A DNA stretch of 64,000 bases from Chiloscyllium plagiosum (taxonomy: Eukaryota): NCBI RefSeq assembly GCF_004010195.1, contig NC_057718.1, forward strand, positions 52,594,254 through 52,658,253. The letters are read 5' to 3'. Both the position numbers and the translations under genes were made by a program. Below, one piece after another: positions 51,097 through 62,430 of the stretch. The notes under the pieces are model-generated. The model saw nothing but the letters and a program-made list of their open reading frames with translations, was not told where the DNA came from and did not search any database. How positions within the stretch are numbered: the stretch's first letter is position 1; each line of letters starts with the position of its first letter.

Positions 51097-52630
51097 ATAT
51101 AGTCATAGAGTCATAGAGATGTACAACATGGAAACAGACCCTTCGGTCCAACCCGTCCATGCCGAGCAGATATCCTACCCAATCTAGCCCCACCTGCCAG
51201 CACCCGGCCCATATCCCTCCAAACCCTTCCTATTCATATACCCATCCAAATGCCTCTTAAATGTTGCAATTGTACCAGCCTCCACCACGTCCTCTGGCAA
51301 CTTATTACATACACGTACCACCCTCTGTGTGAAAAAGTTGCCCCTTAGTTCTCTTTTATATTGTTCGCCTCTTACTCTAAACCTATGCCCTCTAGTTCTG
51401 GACTCCCCGACCCCAGGGAAAAGACTTTGTCTATTTATCCTATGCATGCCCCTCATAATTTTGTAAACCTCTATAAGGTCACCCCTCAGCCTCAGATGCT
51501 CCAGGGAAAACAGCCCCAGCCTGTTCAGCCTCTCCCTATAGCTCAAATCCTCCAACCCTGGCAACATCCTTGTAAATCTTTTCTGAACCCTTTCAAGATT
51601 CACAACATCTTTCTGATAGGAAGGAGACCAGAATTGCATGCAATATTCCAACAGTGGCCTAACCAATGTCCTATATAGTCGCAACATGACCTCCCAACAC
51701 CTGTACTCAATACTCTGACCAGTAAAGGAAAACATACCAAACGCCACCTTCACTATCCTATCTACCTGCGACTCCATTTTCAAGGAGCTTTCAACCTCCA
51801 CTCCAAGGTCTCTTTGTTCAGCAACACTCCCTAGCACCTTACCATTAAGTGTATAAGTCCTGCTAAGATTTGCTTTCCCAAAATGCACCACCTCGCACAT
51901 ATCTGAATTAAACTCCATCTGCCATTTCTCAGCCCATTGGCCCATCTGGTCAAGATCCTGTTGTAATCTGAGGTAACCTTCTTCGCTGTCCACTACACCT
52001 CCAATTTTGGTGTCATCTGCAAATTTACTAACTGTACCTCTTATGCTCGCATCCAAATCATTTATGTAAATGACAAAAAGTAGAGGACCCAGCACTGATC
52101 CTTGTGGCACTCCACTGGTCACAGGCCTCCAGCCTGAAAAACAACCCTCTACCACCACCCTCTGTCTTCTACCTTTGAGCCAGTTCTGTATCCAAATGGC
52201 TAGTTCTCCCTGTATTCCATGAAATCTAATCTTGCTAACCAGTCTCCAATGGGGAACCTTGTTGAACGCCTTACTGAAGTCCATATAGATCACATCTACT
52301 GCTCTGCCCTCATCAATCCTCTTTGTTACTTCTTCCAAGAATGCAATCAAGTTTGTGAGACATGATTTCCCATGCACAAAGCCATATTGACTATCCCTAA
52401 TCAGTGCTTGCCTTTCCAAATACATGTACATCCTGTCCCTCAGGATTCCCTCCAACAACCTGCCTACCACCAAGGTCAGGCTCACCGGTCTATAGTTCCC
52501 TGGCTTGTCTTTACCATGCTCTTTAAACCGTGGCACCACATTAGCTAACCTCCAATCTTCCGGCACCTCATCTGTGACTATCGATGATACAAATATCTCA
52601 GCAAGAGGCCCAGCAATCACTTCTCTAGCT
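51097..52630 (-). mobile_element. Young 5'-truncated HER1-like CR1 LINE
   Basis: Contains the ORF below; (catagagt)n tail at ~51097-51118. Confidence 0.96.
51184..52620 (-). CDS. CR1 ORF2 reverse transcriptase and C-terminal region; uninterrupted 478 aa, no APE domain
   Basis: GNYRPVSLT, QYGF, DFSKAF, GVPQGSVLGPLLF, FADD, LVRPLLEYC. Expression not shown. Confidence 0.85.
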   Translation of the reverse strand: MIAGPLAEIFVSSIVTDEVPEDWRLANVVPRFKEHGKDKPGNYRPVSLTLVVGRLLEGILRDRMYMYLERQALIRDSQYGFVHGKSCLTNLIAFLEEVTKRIDEGRAVDVIYMDFSKAFNKVPHWRLVSKIRFHGIQGELAIWIQNWLKGRRQRVVVEGCFSGWRPVTSGVPQGSVLGPLLFVIYINDLDASIRGTVSKFADDTKIGGVVDSEEGYLRLQQDLDQMGQWAEKWQMEFNSDMCEVVHFGKANLSRTYTLNGKVLGSVAEQRDLGVEVESSLKMESQVDRIVKVAFGMFSFTGQSIEYRCWEVMLRLYRTLVRPLLEYCMQFWSPSYQKDVVNLERVQKRFTRMLPGLEDLSYRERLNRLGLFSLEHLRLRGDLIEVYKIMRGMHRINRQSLFPGVGESRTRGHRFRVRGEQYKRELRGNFFTQRVVRVCNKLPEDVVEAGTIATFKRHLDGYMNRKGLEGYGPGAGRWG

Positions 52631-53045
52631 AAAAAATAAGAATTAACATAACTTTAACTTTATTTAAATACTCAAGAAAATAATATATTATTTAACTACC
52701 AATCGTCAATTGTTCCAATATAGCAGCATCTCATAAACACACCCTCCACAAAAACAAATTCAGCAAAACACATTCGCTTACCTCCAGTCCAGGAGAAAGG
52801 AAAAACTAAAAGAATGAATGTAACAGCAGAAAGAGAGAGAGAGCTTCAACTTGAGAACCTTAACTTCAATTACTGTAAACAAAAATTAAAATCCCGGCTC
52901 TGTGTGGGTCATGCTTCTTTTGTCTACTTTAAAAAGTAACAAAGCTATTTACTCTGCCTTCCTTGGAGCAAACATCTTAGTACCAGATTTATAACATGCT
53001 TTATGAAGAGAAACAGGACAGAACAAATCCTTCTTAAAGACACAT
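52631..53045. mobile_element. Possible LTR-like element (with ~51000-51096) split by the CR1
   Basis: A-rich, non-coding; recalled resemblance to shark solo LTRs only. Confidence 0.3.
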
Positions 53046-53934
53046 CTCATCCAACTACACTTTGAACTCTCTGAGAGGTGCATCTCCTTTCCATCTTGCC
53101 ATTACCATGTTGAACCCAAGGATCAGGTGAGGGTGAGGAAGTCAGCATGCAGCTCCAGCAATCACTGGCTGGTCTGCTGGACCTGGATACTCAGGAGAGT
53201 AGTAAATCTCTTAAATGGAGGAAGTCATGGGCCCAAATATCTGAGATATGGCATCACTCATATACCAACATCATCAATATCCATCATATACCATCATCAA
53301 CATCATCTGAACGTGGATGTATATTGTCTCTAATTGCTCTGGCAGATATTCCTCTGTGGCCCACTGGAATTCCAGCAGGTACTACGTAGCTAACAGCAGA
53401 GACCCAACATAGGGTTCAGTGGGGACCAGACACACCATGGTCCTCATCTTGTCTGTGCTGTTGACTGTCACATCCTCCACCAGTTGCTTAGGGCCATTTC
53501 TGCTATGCTCATCATCTTGTGGCCCTGAGTTTCATTGTGAACCTATACCGACTGCCAGAGATTATAAATGTTAGCCAAGGGTAAAGGGTAATGATGTGAC
53601 ACTGCACCCTCTGAGGATTTCTTCGCCTCATCTTCAGAGGGAGTAGATCACAGCACCTGCCTGTCCTGCTGCACGAGTAAACACAAGTTCACAGGGATTC
53701 ACATATCCTCCTCCAACCTATGTTTTGTATAAATCTCTATGTGTGTCCATTCTTGGAAACATGAGCTGGATGCCTTTTCACCTTTTGGGAATGCCAGTTG
53801 TTGAGACAGAGCCATACATCATTAGACAACATTTCCTCTCCCTTTACAGCAGCCATTTGGTCATTCCCTGTCCATGTGGCAAGTTATTCCGCATTACCGT
53901 ATAGAATCTGCCCCAGGGATAGTGGTGTGCCTTG

Positions 53935-54145
53935 TGGAATGGAGCTCATTGGTTCATTTGTGATGCTGCACTCAGGTTTGGTGGGCAACCCCACAGTGTT
54001 TGAGCTCTGCTGTCATCTCTGTCCAGGATTTCTCAGTCAGCCAGAAAGATCTTCGTCCTATTCCTTCGAAAAATAGCTCCTGCTTTTCCTGTGTAACCCT
54101 GAAAGGAACTTGCAGGGAGGTATTGCTAAAATTGTGGTGCAACCT
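53935..54145 (-). pseudogene. Harbinger Myb/SANT-like exon relic
   Basis: VAPQF/SNTSLQV...QELFF...GRR...LTEKSWTEM.AE...QT*VQHHK*TNEL. Confidence 0.7.
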
Positions 54146-54699
54146 CATGTTTTTCGTCTGGCAGCTTTGCTGGATATTTTGTCGATTAACTGGCTAAGTG
54201 GCAGTCTTTGCATTAGATTCAGCATTGTCTTCAAGTCAGTCTTCAGCTTGCTGCAGTGTGCTTTGATCAGCCTTTAGCTTTGAGGCGGCCATTCCAGATT
54301 AAGTTCCCTCACTGCTGTGTTGCTGTACCACTTGTACTGTTCAAGGGTGAACTGGATGTGCAGGTCTGTCAAGTTTTTAAAAAATAGCACCAGAAACAGA
54401 TGGCAGAAAAATGGGGATCTTGCAGCCAGCCCTGCAATAGCAATGGATGGCTTTGCTCCTCCAGGATTTTAACTGGACAGTTGCTGCGAGATTGCAGTTG
54501 GGTAATGTCAGCCCACTCTATCATTGAGACCAGCACCATGAGCAATAAATTCAGCTGTTTGTTTGTTGACATTCTCTCTCCTTGAATCACTTATCCCTCT
54601 GTTTTCTTTCATCCTTGCATGCATCTTCCTCTTTGAATACAGGTCTATAATTACCAATTTTATATTTATGTTCCCAAGTACATTTTCTCCCAGCTGACA

Positions 54700-55015
54700 G
54701 AATGCATTACTGCGGTGTTGGCATTCAGATGAGGTGTTAAAGTTAATTTGAAGTTCTATTCTCCTATTTAGATGGTGTTTAAAAGATCTGGTGACATTAT
54801 GTGGCCAATATTAACAAGAACCTCCATGTGTCTGTGTAATATTCTTCCTTCAACCAACACAGTTAAAGTAGATTAACTAGTCATTTATTTCAGGCTATTT
54901 GTACACAAATTGATTGCTATGTTTCTTGATGCAGCATTGGTGACTACACTTAATTGACTGTGAAACACTCTGAGATATCCTGAAGGCAAGAAAAGTAATG
55001 TATAAATGCAATCCA
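54700..55015 (+). mobile_element. DeuSINE (SacSINE1/AmnSINE1-like) relic
   Basis: cagatgaggtgttaaa, aaaagatc, ccttcaaccaacac, caaattgattgct, gtgactacactt, tataaatgcaa, in the Deu/tail order. Confidence 0.7.
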
Positions 55016-55254
55016 TTTATTTTCCTATGTAGCTATCTCGCACTGTGGCCCTCCCTTTCATATCTCTTGTCTTCCAACTGTCTTCATTGGCTGAATCTTT
55101 TATGTTTTGGCTAACTGAGTTGTGGCAAGTTATTTGTAAGTTTTTTTAGTGAGAGAACGAGTGACTTTTCTCACCCTGACTTACTGAACTCTCCTGATTA
55201 ATGAAGAATTTCACCCAACAGCATTCCTCTCATCATTTTCCAGCCCTATCCTGC

Positions 55255-55645
55255 CTCTAGGAATGCCCAGCGATGTAGGAAGAAGGTCAATGACCTTCTG
55301 TAGTCTGCTGGTGTAAGTGTCACAATCTTCTCACTGATATCTCAGACTCATCTTATCTCTGCAACCACCAAGGCTCATCCTGTACCACTCTCACTCCTGC
55401 CTGCAACATCCTTCCTCACTTGCTGTCATTCACCCTAAACCCCTGACAGCATTAACCTTTCATGACCTCTGCATTACCTACTTATTTGGCCAGGCCACCT
55501 TCCCAGCTATCAGCGCTAACAGCTGTGCCACCCACTTTCATCTCTCATAATCCCTCATCTCTCTTATTATCAGAGGAAAGGAGCCATAATAGGGCAGAAA
55601 GACTCAAGATGGGGGTGGACAGCCTGATATTTGGCCCTGATGGTT
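55255..55645 (+). pseudogene. Harbinger Myb/SANT-like relic with intron
   Basis: RNAQRCRKKVNDLL*SAG, donor gtaagt at 55313, acceptor ctcttattatcag ending at 55573, then ERSHNRAERLK. Confidence 0.7.
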
Positions 55646-55824
55646 GTCTACCTTTTTTGAGAAAGTGGACTACATTATTTTCTGTTCGAACTTGCAATGC
55701 AGAGAATAATATTGGTCCAGTACACATTTTTGAAGGTGTAAACACAGGTTCCTGCAAGGAACAAAGTTGTTATTACTTTTCAGTTACAGGATTTTCGGCT
55801 GGATGTGTCAGGATGCATACAATC

Positions 55825-56029
55825 CAGGGTGTCCCTGACTTACAAATACCTGGCTTAAGCACAAATGTAATCTCATATAGGGATGGAACTTTCAGGATCC
55901 GACAAACAAACATTTCTTGTGCTGACGAATGCCACCTTAATATTATCCTGCATTCTGTTCTGACTTGCATACAAATTGATTTGTGAACAGACTCCGGAAC
56001 GGAATGCATTCATAACCCAGGGACTGCTG
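55825..56029. mobile_element. Tigger/pogo-like MITE
   Basis: Imperfect TIRs cagggtgtccctgacttacaaat vs attcataacccagggactgctg, followed by TA. Confidence 0.55.
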
Positions 56030-56381
56030 TACCCATATTATAAAGTGACCATTGTTTTGTAACACTATGAATTTTCAGCACAGCAATGCTGTTTTCCAGA
56101 GACACTTGTTACCATCTGGCTTCCAGCATTGTCCAGTAAACCAGATTTGAAGAGTTGAATGGCATACTCCTGCTCCTCATTCATACGTATTAAGGTAAAC
56201 AGCAAAGGAACTCTTACCTGATCAAAAAGCTTTCACATCCAGTTATAGCAATGCAAACGTCATAATCAGAGGCACCCATCTTCATGTTCTCAATTTTGAT
56301 TTTTTCCCAATTGCACAGCAGAAAAATAACAGCCGACAATATTTTTGTTCCCACAAAAGGTTCTCCAGGTCACCTGATCAC

Positions 56382-57020
56382 AGGTGGATAGAGTGGTCAA
56401 GAAGGCATATGGTATACTTGCCTTCATTGGACGGGGTATTGAGTATAAGAGTTGGTAGTCATGTTAAAATTGCACAAGACTTTGGTTCGGCTGCATTTAG
56501 AATACATTGTACATTTATGTTTGCCACATTACCAAAAGGATGTGGATGCTTTGGAGAGGGTGCAGAGAAGGTTTCCGAGGATGTTGTCTGGTATTGAAGG
56601 TGCTAGCTATGAAAAGAGGTTGAGTAGGTTAGGATTCTTTTCATTAGAACAAAGGAGATTGAGGGGGGACCTGATTGAAATCTAAAAAATCATGAAGGGT
56701 ATAGACAGGGTGGATAGAGATAAGCTTTTTCCCAGGGTGAGGGATTCAATAATGAGAGGTCACACGTTCAAGGTGAGAGGAGAAAAGTTTAAGGGGATAC
56801 ACGCGAAATGTACCTTACACAGAGGGTGGTAGGTGCCTGGAGCACATTACCAGCAGAGGTAGTAGAGGCAGGCACAGTAGATTCATGAGTAGGTGAGGAG
56901 CAGAGGGATACAGATCCTTAGGAATTGGGTGATAAGTTCAGATAGTGAATTTGGGTTGGCACAGGTTTGGAGGGCCAAAGGGCCTATTCCTGGAACGTAA
57001 ATTTTCTTTGTTCTTCTTCT
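56382..57020 (+). mobile_element. CR1 3' fragment
   Basis: KDVDALERVQRRF.RML...RRLRGDLIE. Confidence 0.92.
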
Positions 57021-57458
57021 TTGATACAAATGATTGTGATGCAAGAAATCAACTGAGGACAGCCATGTGGTGAAGAGAAGGACTGCACCGTGATGGATGC
57101 AATGGGCCTTCACTTCCAGTTGGAGATTTTTCAGCAAGTTCGAGTCAATGTTTATATAAGAATTTGAGAGAAAATGTTATAATTTAATAACTACACAAAT
57201 CTAGTGTTGGAGCAATGATTCTCTATCCACTGGCTGTCCTGTCCATTTACTTCCAACTCACCTGCTCACATTCAATCAGCTTCAATTCTTTCAAAGTCCA
57301 CCTATAAACAGGTCCAATTTTTCCTCAGCTCTCCTGTTCAATCACCCATCAAGTCTGAAAAGATAGTCAAAGATAAAAATGAGACAGGCAGAAAACCCCA
57401 AGTGGGTAGGAGTAGGCAATGGCCTAGTGGTATTAGTGCTGGTCTATTAATTCAAAGA

Positions 57459-58091
57459 GGAAAAAATGAGGTCTGCAGATGCTGGAGATCAGAGCTGAAA
57501 ATGTGTTGACCAAGGATATATTTCCCTCCCCTCCCCTATCAGCATTCCGTAAAGACCACTCCCTCCATGACTCCCTCGTCAGATCCACACCCCCCACCAA
57601 CCCAACCTCCACTCCCGGCACCTTCCCCTGCAACCGCAGAAGGTGCAAGACTTGCGCCCACACCTCCCCCCTCACCACCCTCCAAGGCCCCAAAGGAAAC
57701 TTCCATACCCGCCACAGATTCACCTGTACCTCCACACATATCATCTATTGCATCATCTGCACCCGATGTGGCCTCCTCTATATTGGGGAGACAGGCAGCC
57801 TACTTGCGGAGCGTTTCAGAGAACACCTATGGGACACCCGGACCCACCAACCCAACCACCCTGTAGCTCAACATTTCAATTCCCCCTCCCACTCCACACC
57901 CTCACCTTGACCTCTTTCCACCTATCGCATTTCCGACGCCCCTCCCCCAAGTCCCTCCTTCCTACCTTTTATCTTAGCCTGCTGGACACACTTTCCTCAT
58001 TCCTGAAGAAGGGCTTATGCCCGAAACGTCGATTCTCCTGTTCCCTGGATGCTGCCTGACCTGCTGCACTTTTCCAGCAACACATTTTCAG
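57459..58091 (+). mobile_element. Penelope-like family A insertion (GIY-YIG fragment) with inverted 5' tail
   Basis: CNRRRCKTC...IIYCIICTRCGLLYIGETG...RFREH. 15-bp TSD ctattaattcaaaga at 57444-57458 and 58092-58106. Confidence 0.93.
58003..58030 (+). ncRNA. Minimal hammerhead motif, family A
   Basis: CTGAAGA-A-GGGC-ttat-GCCC-GAAA-CG-TC; core intact. Confidence 0.7.
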
Positions 58092-59249
58092 CTATTAATT
58101 CAAAGATCCAGGTAAAGTTCTGTGGATGAGGGTTTGAAACCCACCTTGGCAGACAGTGGAATTTGAATTGTGGAATGAGTCTAATGATGACCTTGAAACT
58201 ACTGCTATTTATTGGAAGAACACATCTGGCTCAGTAATGCCCTTTAGGGAAGGAAGCATACCAGTCTGGCCTACATGTAACTCCAGACCCACAGCAATGT
58301 GGTTGACTCTTAACTGTTCTCTGGGCAATTAAGTTTAGACAATAAATGCTGATCCAGCCAGTCACACCCTCATCCCGTGAATGAATAAAAAATGTGAACT
58401 CATAAGTGAGAAGCAGGGAAAGAGCAAACACAAATGGAAGGTAAAAGCAAACACCAATGAAGGGAAAGAACAAAGACAGAAATGGTGATGTGGAAGAGAA
58501 GAAATTATGAAGAGAGAAAAAATGGTGTGGGAATATCAGATTGAGTGGAGTGATAATACAATTGAGGGAGATAGAGTGAGAAATGTGGATGTTGGTAAAA
58601 GGTAAATAGGAGGAGCAGATGGAGAAAAGAGAGCTTAAGGACATAGGCAAGAGAATAAATTGGAGTTGAAGATATACATAATAAAAGTGAAGAAGTGCAA
58701 CAATTGGAAGAAAGAAAACAAAATTTTTAATTTTCAGTCGAGTTATACAATTATCCTCAGGGATAATGAAATGGATTTACCTATCAACTCGACCAACAAT
58801 GGCAAAATATTTCCTTCACTAAAGGACATCAGAGAGGCATTCAGAGAAACAGCTACATGCAATGACTAGACTCAACATAATTTACAAAAAAAATTATGTT
58901 CCAAAGTTTTGAAGATTTTCTTACAACAAAATTAGGTGCTGACACTTGCATTCAGCTTACTCTGCACTGGCAGAGTGATCTTGTGAAAATATCTTCCTTG
59001 CTTCTTCAAATGTGACAAAGAAGCAAATGAATTTGTTGACAGATGTTAGCACTATGCTGGTGTCAGCTTGTTAATTAGCATTCTAAAACTAACTTTTCTT
59101 TCTGTATTACTCTACACCTCCAGCTGCATCAAATAGTTATTCAATCCTTTCCAAATTTACATTGATGTTTCCCTCAACAACACTGCACAACTAAATTCTT
59201 TGAACTTCTCTCCTCACTCAATTTAAAAATGTTGACTCATTCTTAATGA

Positions 59250-61385
59250 GTCTGAAGCTACCAAACAGGATTACCTGCATGCCAAACAGCGTAAGCAGCA
59301 AGCGATGCGCAGAGCTAAGTGATCCTGCAATCAACAGATCGGATCTAAGCTCGCCAGTCCTGCCATATTCAGCCTTGAATGATGGTTGATAATTAAACAA
59401 TTCTTGGGGGAGGAAGCTCCACAAATATCCCCATCCTCGGTGATGGAACAGCCCAGCCCATTTGTGATTAGAATCCCTACAGTATGGAAACAGGCTCTTT
59501 GGCCCAACAAGTCTACAATGACCCTCTGAAGAGTAATCCACCCAGACCCATTCCCCTACCCTATATTTACCCCTAACTAATGCACCTAACAGTATGGACA
59601 ATTTATCATGGCCAATTTACCTGACCTGCACATCTTTGGATTGTGGGCGGAAACCCACGTAGACACAAGGTGAATGCACATACTCCACACAGACAGTCAC
59701 CCGAGGCAGGAATTGAACTCTGGTCCCTGGTGCTGTGAGGCAGCAGTGCTAACCACTGAGCCAACGTGCCGCCCTAATGCAAAAGATAAGGGTTAAGAAG
59801 AACTCATAGCAGCTTTCAGCCAAAAGTGCCGGGTGGTTGATCCATCTCAGCCTCCTCCAGTGGTCCCCAGAATTACAGATTCCAGTCTTCAGCCAATTTG
59901 ATTCAGTCCATGTGATATCAAGAAATGGTTAGAAACATGGATACTGCAAAGGCAATGGGACCTGAAAACATTCTGGCAATAATACTGAAGACTTGTGCAC
60001 CTGGACTTGCCACTCCCCTGGCCAAGCTCTTCCAGTACAGAGTCAACAATACCTTTATCTGGTATGCCTAGATATTTCCTGTACATAAAAACAACTCTGA
60101 CTCAGTGAATTACTGTTCATCAGTCTCCTTTTGATCATCAGTAATGTGATGGAAGGTGCCATCACACCACTATCAAGTAGCACCTGCTCAGCAATAACCT
60201 GCTCAGTGATACCCAGTCAGGGCCATTCAGCTCCTGGCCTCATTACAGCCTTGGTTCAAACAAGGACAAAAGAGCTGAATTCCAGAGGTGAGGTGAGGGT
60301 GACAGCCCTTGACATCAAGGCTGCATTTGACCGAGTATGGCATCAAAGAAAACTGGAATCAGTGGATATCAGGAGGCAAACTCTCCGCTGGTTGAAGTCA
60401 CACCTGACATATAGGAAGACAGTCAGTCATCTCAGCTCAGATATTTCTGCAGGAGTTCCTCAGGGCAGTGTCCTAGGCACAACCATCTTCAACTGCTTCT
60501 TCAATAACCTTCCCACCATCATAACATTGGGGGGGGTGGGGATATATTCACCAATGATTGCACAATGTTCAGCACCAGTCATGACCTCTCACATACTGTA
60601 TAAGATCTGTACAATTTTCAGGCTTGGACTGACATGTGGTAAGTAACAGTCATGCCATACAAATGCCAGGCTATGACCATCACCAGCAAGACCTTGTTAT
60701 TCAATGGTGTTATCATCAATGAATCCCCCATGGTTACCATTGACCAGAAACTCAACTGGATTCACCAAGTAAATGCAGTGGTTACAAAAGCAGGTCAGAG
60801 GCTAGGAATACTGCAGCAAATAGCTCACCTTCTGACTCTGCAAAACCTGTCCACCATCTACAAGACACAAGTCAGGAGTGTGATGGAATACTCCCCACTT
60901 GCCTGGAGGAATGCAGATCCAACAACATTCAAGGAGTTGACACCATCCAGGACAAAGCAGCCTACTGGATTGGCACTGATCCACAAGCATTCATTCCCTC
61001 CACCACTGGTGCTCAGCAGCAGCAGTGTGTACTATCTACAAGATGCACTGCAAAAATTCACCAAAGTTCTTTAGACAGCATCCTGCAAACCCACAAACAC
61101 TTCCATCAAGAAGGACGAGGGCAGCAGAAACATGGGAGCACCACCACCTTCAAGATCCCCTCCAAGCCATTCACCATCCTGACTTGGAAGTATATCATCG
61201 TTCCTTCACTGCCACTGGGTCAAAATCTTGGAATTCCCTCTATAATGGCATTGTGTGTCTACCTAGACTATTTGGACTGCAGTGGTTCCAGAAGGCTGAT
61301 CACCAACACCTTCTCAAGGGCAACTGGGAATGGGCAATAAATGCTGGCCAGCCAGTATGCCCACTTCTCACAAAATTAATTTTTT
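59250..61385 (+). mobile_element. CR1-group LINE family 2, 5'-truncated
   Basis: LDIKAAFDRVWH, GVPQGSVLG, QVRSVMEYS; tail gggcaataaatgctggcc. Collinear with 10590-12750. Confidence 0.9.
59466..59774 (-). mobile_element. HE1-type V-SINE
   Basis: Reverse complement of the HE1 head and V-domain. Confidence 0.92.
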
Positions 61386-61574
61386 AACATTCTTAAGCTT
61401 TCGCTAAAGAAAGATTTGAAACTTGTCCTGCCTCATCCAAGTTCAATTTATGCACACATCGATAGAGAACAAGAATATACCCAGCATTCGCCCCTGGGGA
61501 TCACCATTTTCTATCCTCACCAATCTGAGCAACATTGTATACCTTACTATTTGGTTTCTTCTCAATTAAAAAAC

Positions 61575-61978
61575 ATTTGATTCAGCGTTCATGGGATTTG
61601 GATGTCATCAGCTAGGTCAGCAATGTTTTGCTGTTTCCTAATTGCCCTTGAACAATATGGTTTGTTGGACCATTTCAGAAGGCAATCAAGAGTCAGCCAC
61701 ATGGCTGAGGGTACGGAGTCACATGTAGGCTAGATCAGGAAAAATACATTTTCTTTTCTAAAGGACATCAATGTACCAGGTAATATTTTGTAACTTATTT
61801 CATGGTCACTATGAAACTAGCTTCTGGATGCAGATTATTTTTTTAAAAAAGCCAATCAAGTTTCATCATTTACTACAAGGAGGATTGAACCTTTACTCCT
61901 TGAAAAATTTTCTTCAGTTTGAATTTCTGGGTCAGTAACATTAGCACTAATTAACCATCTTCCTTGTGCTGCTCCATT
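61575..61978 (-). mobile_element. Older copy of the family-2-associated tRNA SINE
   Basis: Reverse complement shows B box ggttcaatcc, body gtcctttag...cctacatgtgactcc and tail ttcaagggcaattaggg. Confidence 0.7.
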
Positions 61979-62301
61979 TCCTTTTGAACATGTACGTAAT
62001 ATTGTTTCGGCAAAACATTTTGTTAACCACATTCTAGGAATCCACATTCATTGGGTTGAATTTTCCCACCTTGCCTTTTTTATACTTTGAGACCCTTTTC
62101 ATGTTACAATTTTGATTGCTGCGAGACAGGCATTCTGATTGCTCTTTGCCAGCATAAATCAATTAAAAGTCTAATGTTCATGAACAATTGGAAGAGGTCA
62201 GGCCATTTGAAATGACAATTTTGTCACAGGAAGGTTTCAGTTCTTCAAAGAAGTTCTCCAGGATTGAGATTTTTTTTTAACTCTACAGTACCCATAGAAA
62301 T

Positions 62302-62430
62302 TCCTGATGAAGGGTGTTTATGCCCGAAATGTCGACTGTCCTGCTCCTCAGAGGCTGCCTGACCTGCCGTGCTTTTCCAGCGCCATACTTTTCGACTCTG
62401 ACTCTCCAGCTTCTGCAGTCCTACTTTCTG
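62302..62430 (+). mobile_element. Penelope-like family A-related minimal unit with hammerhead core at 62304-62333
   Basis: CTGATGA-A-GGGT...GCCC-GAAA-TG-TC. 9-bp TSD catagaaat at 62293-62301 and 62431-62439. Confidence 0.85.

Larger units (their letters stand above)
57409..58392 (+). mobile_element. tRNA-derived SINE sharing head and tail with LINE family 2, split by a Penelope insert
   Basis: A box tggcctagtgg, B box ggtttgaaacc, body ...gttgactcttaactg, tail caataaatgctg...gaatgaataaaaaa. Confidence 0.85.

Noticed and set aside
55462..55986. 174-aa ORF
   Set aside because: Chance frame spanning a Harbinger intron/exon relic and a MITE.
56218..56370. Minus-strand open frame ending at a good donor (cag|gtaaga)
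   Set aside because: No clear acceptor and the peptide is unrecognised.
51184..58091. RT plus GIY-YIG nuclease as a linked retron-like or defence system
   Set aside because: They belong to separate CR1 and Penelope insertions; the Penelope insert is bounded by its own TSD.
58395..58720. Purine-rich tract as coding sequence
   Set aside because: Low complexity; the antisense 139-aa ORF is compositional.
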